NCBI GenBank assembly: GCA_050084515.1
Contig: CM114271.1
Span: forward strand, 1,488,001 to 1,552,000
Reading direction: 5' to 3'
Source of the DNA: Blasia pusilla
Taxonomy: Eukaryota
Length of the DNA: 64,000 nt
Below, in pieces: positions 36,692 to 49,108 of this stretch. Numbering within the stretch: position 1 is the first letter of the stretch; every line of letters starts with the position of its first letter. The position numbers and the translations under genes were made by a program. A model generated the notes under the pieces. The model did no database searches. It saw only the letters and a program-made list of their open reading frames with translations, and was not told where the DNA came from.

Positions 36692-38621
36692 GGATATTTG
36701 GGAATCTAGTTTAATTATTGGATGTTCACGCATAGCCATCAACACTACCTTCCACCAAGCGAGGTAATAATATAGGAAGGCACTCGGAATACTGAAATAC
36801 TTTGTCTCCAACTCCGTTCCTTAGCCAAGTCTAACCTGCTAGAGAAAAATTTGACATGTTTATGAGTAATAGCAAAACAACACGAGCATTGACATAAGAA
36901 AAGATAAAAAAAAGTTGCATTGCAACTCCATACACTGCTCTTGAGGTTTCTGATTTCATGGCTATACTGAGATCCGTACTCATTCGTAGAGCCACGAGCT
37001 ATGCACAGTCCATACGTGAAGTGGCGAGAGAAGCAAGACGGCCGCATTGTGTAATCCCATTTGGCTTGGAGGTGTAGGAGGGTGATAGTGTGAGCTCTTG
37101 ACTCAAGGTTACTTGCAAGTCTTGCAAGGCCTCTCACGTAAACCTGGCCTCCCCACCTTGTTTGACAAAAAAAATTTCTTGTTCCCCCCTTTGTATTTGA
37201 TTGGTCCTTCGTAGAGCCACAGGTTGTGCACAGTCCATACGTGAAGCGGCGAGTGAAGCAAGACATACTCTTGATTCAAGGTTTACCTGCAAGGCCTGCA
37301 CATAATTGAACATGTAGTGTTGCTTATGTCCCAATGACTTCTCTCAAGCAAACTCCCCCGCACTTGCAAGGGTAGTAAAATTCCTGGTACAACACACCGG
37401 TGTTAACCATGAGGCCCTTGTAATGTAGGAAGCACTCGTGAACTCTCAGATTAGAGCTCACCTGCAAGGAGTGGATCAGACAGTTTGGATGGGTACTCAT
37501 GTGGATTGAGCATAGTGTTATAGGAACTCTTACTAGCTCTAAGAGCTGAAAAACAATCAGCAAGAGTTGTCTCCATCATGATGAGATTGGTGAATAGGGA
37601 GCTCCTGATTTCCCGCAAGTTTCTTTGGCGCCCACTCACTAGGACCCTCCCTCGTCACTCAAACGCGCGATAGACCCGGAATCGACTGCCTTTACTGCGC
37701 AAAGCAATAAAGGACTTCGGTATTTGATTGAAGTTGGAGGGGCGGTCGGGGAGCTGGAACTTGCATTTAGTTAGGTGCATAGGAATTTGAGCAAGACTAT
37801 TGAACTACTCTTGCAGATTGCGATTGTGCAACAGAGCACGTCTTTGGAGCTGCCAGCCCATATACCCAACTAGTCTCTGATTTTATTTTGCCCCACATGA
37901 GTGTATCCGTCTCTGAGATAGGTTGTGTGCAGTCGATGAATTCTGGCTAAGAGCGAAGCAGTTCTTGTGGTTTCCTCACCGATGATCATCTTGTGTGGAC
38001 GCAAATGCGGGTTGTGTCGTGCGTCAACACAATCCGGTCCTCCTCACGCCTTCCCTTGCGGTTTATTCACACATTTCACGTCTCACAATCCGAACACCAT
38101 CTCCGAGTTTTATGCTCGTTCATTCACACCTTGGTTGAGATCTAGTGAAGAGTTGACAAGAGTGTAAACATAACATACCCTCCGGCCCACTCCCGCTTAT
38201 GTTACAAGAAAAGGCATTCAAGATCTATCTCTATCCCCATCCTTTATTTTTACACTAGACCCTCTACTTTCCTCTCGACAAAAAACGGAGGCAGAGTCAT
38301 ATGGGTACAAAATGGTCCTCCCATCAAGAAGACGCAGCAAGAATAAATAAATGAAAACTGAATATCGTAATGAGTTGAGTCCTCCTGCTCAATGCTTTCT
38401 CTCCAACGTGCAGCGGAACCGCGAGTTCCTTGGAATTTTCACAAACCACAGTTTGGAGCAGCAAAGGGTGCAAAACTTGTGGTGCCTAATCAAAAAACAT
38501 ACAATCGATCCAACTAGCAGGCTGGTATCCAGAAAGAAAGAAGTTAATTAGACCATGTCCTGAATCACTAGCAGACCACAATTCATTTACATGTGGCGTG
38601 TTGTCGTTTATATCTGAAGGA

Positions 38622-38694
38622 CATTCCCAAGCTGCTTCAATCCTTCCCCGATGTTGCACAGCGCATCGGGAAGGATTGAAGCATCTTGGGAATG
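38622..38694. repeat. Short hairpin with ~32-bp arms
   Basis: CATTCCCAAGCTGCTTCAATCCTTCCCCGATG, short loop, CATCGGGAAGGATTGAAGCATCTTGGGAATG. Confidence 0.8.
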
Positions 38695-40179
38695 CTCTCA
38701 ATCAATTAGCAAATGCTCTATATATAGTCTCATTGTGGTTCAACTTCCATAGTTGAATCAGTGTTGAAAACACCCCACAACGAGTGAATGGGTAGTGCAA
38801 TGCAAATTGTGAACGAAGGAACCTCTACAATAGTTTATTCTACATGTGCTTTGCCTCTCGTCCTAGCGACTGCTGCCCAAGATCCACGCACCTGCATGCT
38901 CTAATAGCAAGTGCAAGTAGACTTTGTATCATGGTGTGGATCGACATACACCGCACCGCAATGGGTGGAATTGAAGGAGATTGTAAGTGAATGATGAAAC
39001 TAGGGGCATCCTTGAAGATCATAGAGCACATCAATTATGCATGATGGATGTTTCCTCTATAGGAAGAAGCGTTGGTGAGCTTCATGGGTGTAACAAACGT
39101 AGCTCTATAGAAACCTTGGCACTGGCGCAAACACCAACACGCGGGATGAGAAATTTGTGCATGCTAGCAGCACTTTGAGAACTCTTCTGCAAGTATTGCA
39201 TAAGTAATTAAGTACGATTAAATACGTACGATGGATGTTTCCTCGTCGCAAGAACGAGGAAGAAGCATTGGCAAGGATGATTGCCTGTCGCAAGAACCTC
39301 ACGAAGGTATCATGCAAGAGCTCACAACATCGCGAAACTTAGACAACGACTACAATCCTCATTTCATCCACGATTGCCTTGACTTCAAAGATTAGTATGA
39401 TTTGAGCGAGATCATAGTAATCATGATTCTTTGAAAAATCCGTCTTGAACACCAAAGGAAAAATTTGGAGTCCTCCAATCTTTCATGCAAAATGAAAAAT
39501 GCAAGCCTACTATCCTACAAATCTGACAAGCGTAAATAAAGAAAGGACGTCGTAGAAACATACAAGCACGGAAAACAATTTCATATGTAGCAATGAGGAC
39601 TCCGGTTGGATTTGTTGGACTGCAACATCCCCGTTTGTCAATGAGTGATGATGTCGTGACGGAAGAGATACAAAAGAAAATTCCTTTCCTCGATCCCCAT
39701 TGACACGTTGAAATGGACACTCTAACTCATGACATGCAAGGTGCGTGAGAAAAGAAAAATGACCACTCAAATGCTTGACATAGGAGACTTGTATTGAAAT
39801 TCGGCAAGCGTGGAGCTTCAAACTTGAAATGTGCATACCAAACATGGATCAAGAAAAATACAAGTGCATAGAAAGATTAAATTTTCCCTCTAAAAAATTT
39901 GAAATTTCCCATCGCAAGCATAATGTTTCACCTTTTGCGCAAGTTGAGCCGAATGCCCTTTGTCAACGCAGATGGAAAAGTAACCAAGTATAGCATGTTC
40001 CGTGAGAAACTGAAACTGGCTATAGCATGTGTGCGATCCAAGGATTTTCATTGGAGATACCACGCCGTGATTTTTATGGCGCGGACAGACCAAGGACGAT
40101 GTTTCGTCCGTGAATTTATGATCGTCAATCTGGATGATCAGGGACCCCGCGATCCAAAAATTGGTCCATGGGGATTGGC

Positions 40180-40795
40180 CCTAAAGACTACCGTGGTTAC
40201 CAAAAAAGCATAGCAATAGAGGGTGTGTTCAATTGACCGTGGTATAGTTAAGGATCGTAGTCCCTACTGTTGGTACTACTCCTCAACCCTAAAGGCCACT
40301 GTGGTTCTTGAGAAAGCGGAGCAACGGAGGGTGTGTTCATTTGACCGTGGTACAATTAAGGATCTCAATCCCTCCTGCTGCTACTACTCCTCAACCCTAA
40401 AGGCCATCGTGGTTACCGAGAGACCGAGCAACAGAGCGTGTGTTCATTTGACCGTGGTACAATTAAGGATCGTAGTCCATGCTGCTACTTCTACTCCTCA
40501 ACCCTAAAGGTCACTGTGGTTCCCGAGAGAGCGGAGCAACAGAGCGTGCGTTCATTTGACCATGATACAATTAAGGATCGCATTCCCTGCTGCTACTACT
40601 ACTCCTCAACCCTAAAGACCACCGTAGTTCTGGAGAGAGCGGAGCAATGGTGTGTGTGTACTTTTGTTTGACCATGGTACAATTAAGGATCGCAATCCCT
40701 CATGCTACTTGCTAGTGCTACTACTACTTACTACTACTCCTCAACTGTCAAGGCTACCGAGGTTGTGGAGAGAGTGTGGTATAGTTAAGGATCAC
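40180..40795. repeat. Tandem satellite, ~108-bp unit, about 5.5 copies
   Basis: Unit anchors GCAA at ~40213, 40321, 40428, 40536 and 40644. Units contain TTTGACCRTGGTACAATTAAGGATC and CTACTCCTCAACCCTAAAG, with variants. Confidence 0.95.
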
Positions 40796-40865
40796 AATTT
40801 CGAGGAACGCTCAAATGGGGCATCTCAAAGTATGGGTGTAAGGCGAGACATCCGAGTTTACATTA

Positions 40866-41222
40866 GGGTTTTTTACATCCAATTTATGTTTGCAATGCAT
40901 GGTGTTGGAGGAGTTGGATGCATATCTCGCTATGTTTCATACCGTGGTTGATGTCACATCCTCCGCTCATGCCCTCAATTCACTCAAATGACATGCTCTA
41001 CTTGACTACAACGCTAGCTCCACCTAAAGCCCAACTCAATCTGTTGCCTCACCCAACTCGTTGTTTACTAGTGACTAATGCCAATTGATGATCAAGTATT
41101 GGGTCATTAATCGAGGCAGGGGTCAAGGATGTGACATGGAACATGGTATGAGACATGGCGGGATGTACGTCCACCTCCTCCGACACCCCACGCCGCAAAC
41201 GGAAATTGGATGTAAAAAACCT
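40866..41222. mobile_element. MITE with long imperfect terminal inverted repeats
   Basis: GGTTTTTTACATCCAATTT... pairs with ...AAATTGGATGTAAAAAACC; arm similarity extends ~120 bp. Flanked by TA (or TTA). Confidence 0.7.
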
Positions 41223-42379
41223 TATGGACGTAAAGTCCCATGGAGCATAAAATCATGGTGACGTTTGGGATAGTGCCAGATTTTTTGAATCTAACGCTCT
41301 AAGTCACTTCAAGAGAATGGGGCGTCAATAATGGTTTGCACCCCATCAAAGTAGGGTGCAAATCGTTCAGACACTCATTATCAATCATTCCCTATAACGT
41401 AATAACCAATGGAAAAAATGCATAAAGAGGAGGAAGTAAGCAACCAAAAGAACACAGAGGGGGGAAGATCAATGCCTCAGCAATGCACATTCAAACAAAG
41501 ATTTTTGCTCTTGCAAGCTTCACCCAAAAATCCGCCACTCCCGAATTGGAAGCAACGATTCAATTCAATTCATGAACGCTCTCTGCTTTTCTTTGAACTC
41601 ACTTTGAACTACTATGCACACATGATCTTTGGAGACCATCGGCTAAATTTGTGCATTATTTTAGCCTATGTGCATGCCATTGTTGGAGGCGATTGTAGAA
41701 GTAGTACTAGCTTGTGTCCCAAGAGTGCACAACGAACGTGCCCTATGAGAAGGTTGAAACTTCATACTCTGGTCACGTGCACACTCTCGTCCCAGGATCC
41801 GAATGTATTCTTTATTTTAAGTGTCTAGATCTCATTCAAAGGCAATGCGAGAATTTGAAAATTTTCTACATTAAATTGTAGACTGCTACCTTGGCATTTT
41901 CCTTTCCTTCTTACCTATTGGGACCTCGACATTTCAGCCTCTTGCCTAAGCCCCTCTTGATAAGGTGCCAACAAATTGCTCTTTATGCTTTGTGGCCAAC
42001 AAATTGCTCTTCAGGCTTTGTGGTTGGGGGCTTATGGTAGGGTTGGACCTTGGAAACTTGCTTTTCTTCTTGACATGTTGGGTTATTAGCCTTGATCCTT
42101 CTATAATGACTTGGTCCCCAATATCATAAGTTCAAAATTTATGCACCATATCCGAGGGTGGAAATTTTTTCCATGGTCATCTTCATCGGTGGGGCCATCC
42201 ACTTGTGATGAAGACTTGGTTTGCTAAGAAAATCCTTGTCAAATTGGCTATCAAGGCATTTCCCCTCATGTTCTTGCAATTCTTGTTAGGTAGTTCTTTA
42301 ATACTTGGTTAGATACTCACAATTACCTTATGAGTTGAGAGTGTCAAATGTTGTAAGCTAACGGTAATAAGGGTATTCA

Positions 42380-42750
42380 TGTTGACACTCGCTCAAAGCC
42401 CAAAGAGTGCATCCATTTGGTAGAAGATAAGGCATCATTGATTTAGTTCCTCCTCCAACGACATGTCACTATCAATTTCAGTGTTTGTCAAGAGAACTCT
42501 ATTACTCCTTAGAAGCTATTTGCCCTTCTTGTAGTCTTGCACATATCTATCAAACTTTATCCTGCTATACAATCCAAGTAAGGGATACAAAGTTTGCTTT
42601 TTGTGGGTAAATGTCGGTAGCTTTGAATGTGGTGGCTTTGGATTGCATCCTTCTTCCACTATTTGTCTTCCACCCAGCACTATGCAATGCATCAAAGTTA
42701 TTAGGGTCTTTACAATATTCAAAGATCTTCTCGTAATTCTCATACGACAT
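42380..42750 (-). pseudogene. Decayed Myb/SANT-like transposon protein remnant
   Basis: Across frames: MSYENY.KI..Y.KDP.NF..L...G.KT..G....SK...F / KFDRYVQDYKK / LT..EI...MSLEE.LN..C..FY.MDALFG. The L...CP.F..M..LFG pattern resembles Harbinger-associated DNA-binding proteins. Confidence 0.45.
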
Positions 42751-43671
42751 TCAAAATCTGTCGCTCACACCACACTTCATTGCACTTGTTGCTTATAGCT
42801 TGCAAGTCATTCTATTGTTTGCATGTCTAAAAGTCATAATTTTGTCAGAAGTACTAGTTCTCTCAGATTTCTATTGAAGTTCAAGAGCAATCTATCTTGA
42901 TCCTACATCCTCTCTAACGTTGTAGATTAATTCCTTTACTCAATGTCCACTTGCATATGCACTCGGTTCATTGAATCGGTTCATAATGAATGTGCCTTGC
43001 ATATTGCACACAGTGTGACATGAAATGAGCAAGAGGAAAATCAATAAAGTTAGTAACCACAACTCAAAATCAACAAGACTAAACCGATGAAAATCAATAT
43101 AATTACAATCAATAACCAAATAGCCAAGGGCGCTTAGCATAGAAGGGGGGTCTACGTTTAGCAAATATCCATAACATTTTGCATTAGAGACTTCCAAACT
43201 CAGTTGAAAGAGAGAAGACCATGAAGATAATAGATAAATCAACATTGGAGACTACTAATATGATTGAAAGAGAGAATAATGGGCATAATATATTCATCCG
43301 TCTATTTTATTACACTAACACTTAAGCACAAAAACATGTGCTTTGCCCCTTGAAAGAGAGGACGGTGAGTGCGTGTATGGGAATAAATCTCACCAAGAAT
43401 TGGACATTAAGTATCAAAGAATAAGGCATCGTTCTCCATTGCTTGAAGATGGTGACTCTTTGTCGTGCGCATACATATCGCTACACAACATACATCTCTG
43501 GTCACATCTACACCACACAACACCAATCTTCCCCACACACGGGTTGATCCACACATGTACAAAAATCAACTCATATATATACATGGAGATCACACAACTG
43601 CCCCTCTAGCTGGCAGTTGGATCCCCCAACTCCAGATAGAAAAACATATCTCTCTGACATGACCTACAATC

Positions 43672-43830
43672 CTATACACATCTCGGACACATCCATCGTC
43701 CCGTGGGAACCACATCAAGAGGGGGGGGTCATACATGACATATGCCACCCTCGAGAACAACCATCACATACCAACATGATGGTTGCACCCCTCGCAGATC
43801 CGCACAACATACACCTCAAGCCTGCAAGTA
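43672..43830 (-). pseudogene. PHD finger at the C-terminus of the retrotransposon integrase
   Basis: CMLCGSARGATIMLVCDGCSRGWHMSCMTPP, then after a frameshift LDVVPTGRWMCPRC: a complete C4HC3 pattern with the W.C..C end. Confidence 0.9.
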
Positions 43831-44016
43831 CCACTGCCAAGCTCGGATCCACTATCCTGTCTACGTTCGAAAGATGACATGGCGCACAATTACGCACATG
43901 ATCCTTCCAAACCATACCATCCCGTCCCTCCAACATGAGGACTCCGGTCGGTAATACCTCGCGCACATGTAGGATCGTGTACCTGCAGTAACATCTAGCG
44001 TCGTGGGTGCCGCCTG

Positions 44017-46680
44017 CTATAAATACACATAATCTCCAGGATGAAACCTCCTAATTTGTGGATGATAACCTCCTCCACGAATGGTCTCGTACCTCAATGT
44101 ATCTCTATGCTGAGCAATAGCTAAGTTCTCAAAGGCCATAGGCATAACTCTACGAAAAACCTCCGCCCTCTGAGAACATGCTTGTACCCACACATCTGGA
44201 TCATCAAGATCTAACACCTTTGCCATGTCATGTCGAATTGCTGCAGGTAAATCTGGCTCTCTCCCAAAGAGCAAAAAGTATGGTGAAAATGACGCCAAGG
44301 ATGCTTGTGGACTAAAGCGATAATCCATAGCCAACCATGGCAACTGTAGGTCCCACTCCCTCAATTGTCCCCGCTGCAAGCCATACTTGCGCAATCCTCT
44401 CTTCACCATCTGTACCACTCTCTCGGCCAACCCATCTGTCTCAGGATGATCTCTAGACGTGGTGCGATGATCTATCAACGACTCATCACACAAGGCATGA
44501 AACTCTCCCCTGAACTCGGTACCCTGGTCAGTCAACACCTCCGCCGGTGCACCAAAGGGACTAAGCACACAATCTAGAAACGCATAAGTTGTTCCCTTGC
44601 TTGCCTTGTTCGGTAGTGCCACCAACTCTATCCACTTGGAGAAATGCTCCACCATGACCAACACGTACCTATGATGACGCCCTGTCAATGACAAAGGTCC
44701 CGCAAAGTCTAAACTCCACGGATAACCTAAACCCATAATCGGAAAAGGATGTAATTGCAGAGTGGAAGCATTGAAGGATGCTCGCACTATGTCATATACC
44801 ATACATCTGGCCACAAATTGTTGTACCCCAGTATGCATGCCGCGCCACCAATATTGAATCTGGAGTAAGTTGTAAGTATGCTTCATTCCAAAATGTCCCA
44901 ACTCCTCATGGGCATGTCGCACTACACGTGCTCGGTGGGAAGGATGAGGTACTACTCGTATCCTACCATCTCCCCATACCCACAAAATGTGAGTCCCCTC
45001 CCACCTGAACCTCCTGGCTCTCTCTAGGATCCGATCCCGCTCCTTAGCACTCAGTGTGGTGGCTATGACGCCAATGAGCAAGAACTCCACAACCTCCACA
45101 TCGACATGGATATCACGACCACCTGTCGCCTCCTCACTGACCTCCAGATCCAAAGACTCATCATCCAATCCCCCCACTAAAGTCATCACCTGTGGTTGAC
45201 CTGCCATAATCAACCAACAAAGATAGGCAAATGCATGCCAACCGAGCACCATCTCCTCATCACTCTCTCCTTGCCATCGAGCTCCTGTGTCGTCTCTCTG
45301 ACTCAAACATGGGTTACGACTCAACCCATCTGCATCTTGGTTCAACGGACCTGGCCTATGAACCACCTCAAACTCATACTCATGTAGTAATACAACCCAC
45401 CTGGCAAGCTTTCCCGTAAGCTTGTTGGACTCCATCAACCATCTCAACGGCTGATGATCAGTGATAAGTGTGAAAGGGTTGTCGAATAAATAGCACCTGA
45501 AATGTGCCACGGCCCACACTGGAGCCAAACACTCTCTCTCGTAGGAGCTGTACTTTGCCTCTGCAATGTTGTTTGATCGGCTCGCATATGCCATAACAAA
45601 CTCCCTCTCCTCGTCATCCCTCTGAGTAAGCATTGCTCCTAGATCCAACATGCTCCAATCCGTATGTAATTGGAATGGGCGACCCCTAACTGGTCTCTGT
45701 AAAATGGGTGAGGACTTCAACATGTCCTTGAGCTCCTGAAATGCTTGCTCCTGATCATCTCCCCACAACCAAACATGATCAAGTCTCGTCAACAAGGTCA
45801 AAGACTTTACGATCGTACTAAAACCCTTGACATACCGTTGATAGAAGTTCGCCAGTCCAAGAAATGCTCGGAGTCAACTCACATTTGTAGGGAGTGGAAT
45901 CTGCGCAATAGCCTCTACCTTTGTCCGTTGAACGCCTAACCCACTCGGGTATATGGTGTGTCCCAAATACTCAATCTGCTCTTGAAAGAATCTGCACTTG
46001 CCTGCATATAACTTCAGTCCATGTAACTGCAATCGTCGAAACACCTCCTCCAAGTGTCGCTCATGCTCCTCAACCGTGGAACTCAAGATAAGAATATCAT
46101 CTATCTAACATCGTACAAAATCCAAGGCAGCCATAATCCTATCCATCACTCTCTGAAACTCTGCACGCGCGTTCTTCAACCCAAATGGTAAGAACCGTCA
46201 TTGATACAAGCAATCTCTCCCGAACCGATCTATCCCCCAGAATATTGTCTTCTCCCTGTCCTCCAACCTGATAGGAAGTTGATGATAGCCAGGACGAAGA
46301 TCTAACGTATTGAAGATCTTTGCATGCCCTACCGCATCAAAGATTTCCTCAAGAGTAGGCATGGCGTACCGATCTGATCTTGTCTGTCGGTTGATAGGAC
46401 GGTAATCTCCACACATATGCCTATCCGTCCAATTTCCATACATATCCTTCTTCGTTGGCATGACTGTGGCAGATGCATACTCCCCATATGATAACTCCAC
46501 AAGTCCTGCCTCCAACAAGTCCTGACTCCTTCTGTGAATCAAGGCTCGCTCCATATCAGAATACCTGTAGGGTCGACGAAAGATCGGTGTATCACTAGCC
46601 AAATCAATCTGTATCCCGGGACCCTTCAACGTATCCAAGTCTCTCATATAAAAAGCAAAACAATTGACATGCCCTCTCAA
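44017..46680 (-). pseudogene. Gypsy pol: reverse transcriptase, RNase H and integrase
   Basis: RT: DYRPIN, LDLRPGYHQ, LPFGLKNA, (*)IDD. RNase H: LHTDWS...ITDHQPL. Integrase: HEELGH, SLDFAGP, TDQG, LAER. Frameshifted, with stops. Confidence 0.95.
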
Positions 46681-47034
46681 AAACCTATGGACTCACCGTC
46701 ACTCTCCTCCTATCAACTTGAGATCTATCACAGGCTCCCAAGTCTCCATCGTGACCTCACTCGGAGAGGACGCAACATCCGGCTTTGGTTGCTATGTAAT
46801 CCTAGCCACTTCCGCAACAGCCACTCCACTCTGACCTCCTACACCATGCTCCACATCCAAAAAATGAACATGTGCTACTCTGGTCGCCTTCGCACTCTCT
46901 GCTCGAATGACGTCCCAGGAAGTCCATGGATGCCTATTTCTTCTCATCTCGCCCCCAGCCAATGCTTGTACAGACCCTGTAGGCAATGGTCCAACTCATG
47001 GACGTGACGGCATGGATGACACTCACATCCATCT

Positions 47035-47990
47035 CTACTCAGCCATACCTAGGCTGACTATCCATTTGAAACAGTTGAGGTCCATCGCCTGCCCCAACAC
47101 TTGTCTCCGAGATGCCTCAGTCATCCTTGGCACCGCCGTAGTACCGGTACCGAACCCCATGGCGTGCTCGCGCTCATCTGCTATAGGCTCATCCAATGCT
47201 CCGGTCACCTCACGAAAGGCATGGGATGCTGGGAAACTCACCAACGTAGGTTAGGCTGCCCTCAACTCCCCCACCCTATTGGCCATGGCCAACGGTGGTC
47301 TATCATCCCATGTCACCATCTGAGATCGACGCCCTAAGCCCAAACTAGCATCCACTGTGAGATGTGGTGCTCTCTGGACTCCATTGTATGCTCGACTCAG
47401 TACCTTTGATGGTATCAGGTTTGTCCACCATAGTCATGGACGATGGGCACATGATCCAACTCTCGCTGTATCTAGCAACACAGCAGGTCCCAACCAAGAC
47501 CTCACCTGATGCACACTCGTCATCACACGTGCACGAGTGTCTCCCAACAATGGCATGTTCTCCAAAATGTACGTTTGAGAACATGTATGACTCTCCTGCA
47601 AGTGTCGTACTACTTGCAGCATCTCCCAAAACATCCCTGACCTCAGATCCTACAATCCACATCCTCGGCCAGCTGATGAATGACCCTGACATGGCCATCT
47701 AGCAATCACCAAATGAATGGTCCAACTCTATCCAGATCTTGTGCCCCCACCAAAGAGATGTCGGCGGGTAGTGTATGTTGATATCCCCGTATTGTAGCTA
47801 TCGGCAACAACTCTGGATACCTGTGGACCAATCTCGCCACATGACGTAAAGATACTTGCCGTGCGGTCTCATCTCTCTCCACATAAAGGTAATGATGCAC
47901 CCGTATACCCGCCTGCAATACTACAGCCAATCCGTTGCTAATCCCTCCGAAGAGATCTAACACCCTAACACCCTCCTCTAGGCACTGCCA
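47035..47990 (-). pseudogene. C5-cytosine DNA methyltransferase domain inside the retrotransposon polyprotein
   Basis: Motif I VLDLFGGI; II YVE; III DI; IV LVIARWPCQG (PCQ at ~47686-47694, after a frameshift); V D.RSGMF; VI YILENM; VIII AHRP*LWWTN; IX EREHAMGF; X RRQVLGQAMD. All in canonical order. Confidence 0.9.
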
Positions 47991-49108
47991 CACAACGGGT
48001 GTGGTATCCAATGGGGTCAACGTCTCCACTCCAAGAGCCTGATTGTCAAGTGACTCTCGCTGCTCCGGGATAAAAGCATGACTCCACGCCTGCCTCACGA
48101 GGTCGTCGACACTCCTTTGTAGCTCTCGAGTCGTATCCCACAATGGTGAAGAAGTCTCGCCAACATGGGAAGAGACACCCGCCATGGCCTGTCTCTCCGT
48201 GGGACTATCCGCTACTAGGACATCCTCCACCTGTGCGTTCCCCTCCAACAACTCTCCTGTCTAGCTAACACTACATGTGAAAGCTGTCAATGTGGTCACA
48301 GACTTGCCTCATGATCGACCACCTTGTCTCGCCAACTGCACGGGTAACTGACTCATCCGTGTGTCACATGACCGCCACCTTGGCCGATACGCAACGGTCT
48401 CCTCCTAGAAGTCAAGGATGAATCCTAGGGGATATAACACTATATTCCCCACCAACAAATCGTACAACTGAGTTGGTGTCGTAATCGCACGTGTGCGCAC
48501 CATAGCATTATCCATCGCATGCTCTGGCTGGACTCTGACAACTATCTCATGTCGAGTCATATACTGTGTGGGTGACACGCCCCTAATCGAGGTATGTATC
48601 TGGAAGGGACAAGGCTCAATGTCGGCCTTCCGTAACCCCGACGCTAAACACGCGCCTTCCCTAACATCAAGGGCTCCGCTCTCGAATCAAGTAGGACGCG
48701 CTGCGGGTGGTATACCGTCCCCATGGGACTAATCAAGCGAAATACTCCAACTCAATTATCCAATAACACTACTCCAGGTGTCACCACTACTCGCTCAATG
48801 GCCGGTCGAGCTGGCATATCTACCAACTTTGCCGCCGCCGCATGCCATGACTCTATGGGAAACATCCCGAGCACCGGCTCTAAGGGCAAGTCCACCACCT
48901 CGTCAACTATCCCTAAACAAGAAGCAGTCACCTATCCACGCTCACACAATGTGGCGGCCAGTCAGAACACCTCACCTGGTCCAACTCCCAACATTGCCAA
49001 CTCTATGGCGGAAAATAGTGGAGTCTGACTCACTCTAATGGCCACCTCCAACACTATGTCCGACACTGACTCCACTCGAGTTGGCATAGGAGTTGTCACT
49101 CCAACTCC

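Larger units (their letters stand above)
33900..36750. mobile_element. PIF/Harbinger DNA transposon (boundaries approximate)
   Basis: Canonical two-gene content (DDE transposase + Myb/SANT). TIRs and TSD were not identified. Confidence 0.8.

Noticed and set aside
40223-40951. Repetitive ORFs (CSFDRGTIKD...)
   Set aside because: Translations of the 108-bp satellite.
41600-41680. hAT-like HRLNL motif
   Set aside because: A single short motif with no other transposase support.
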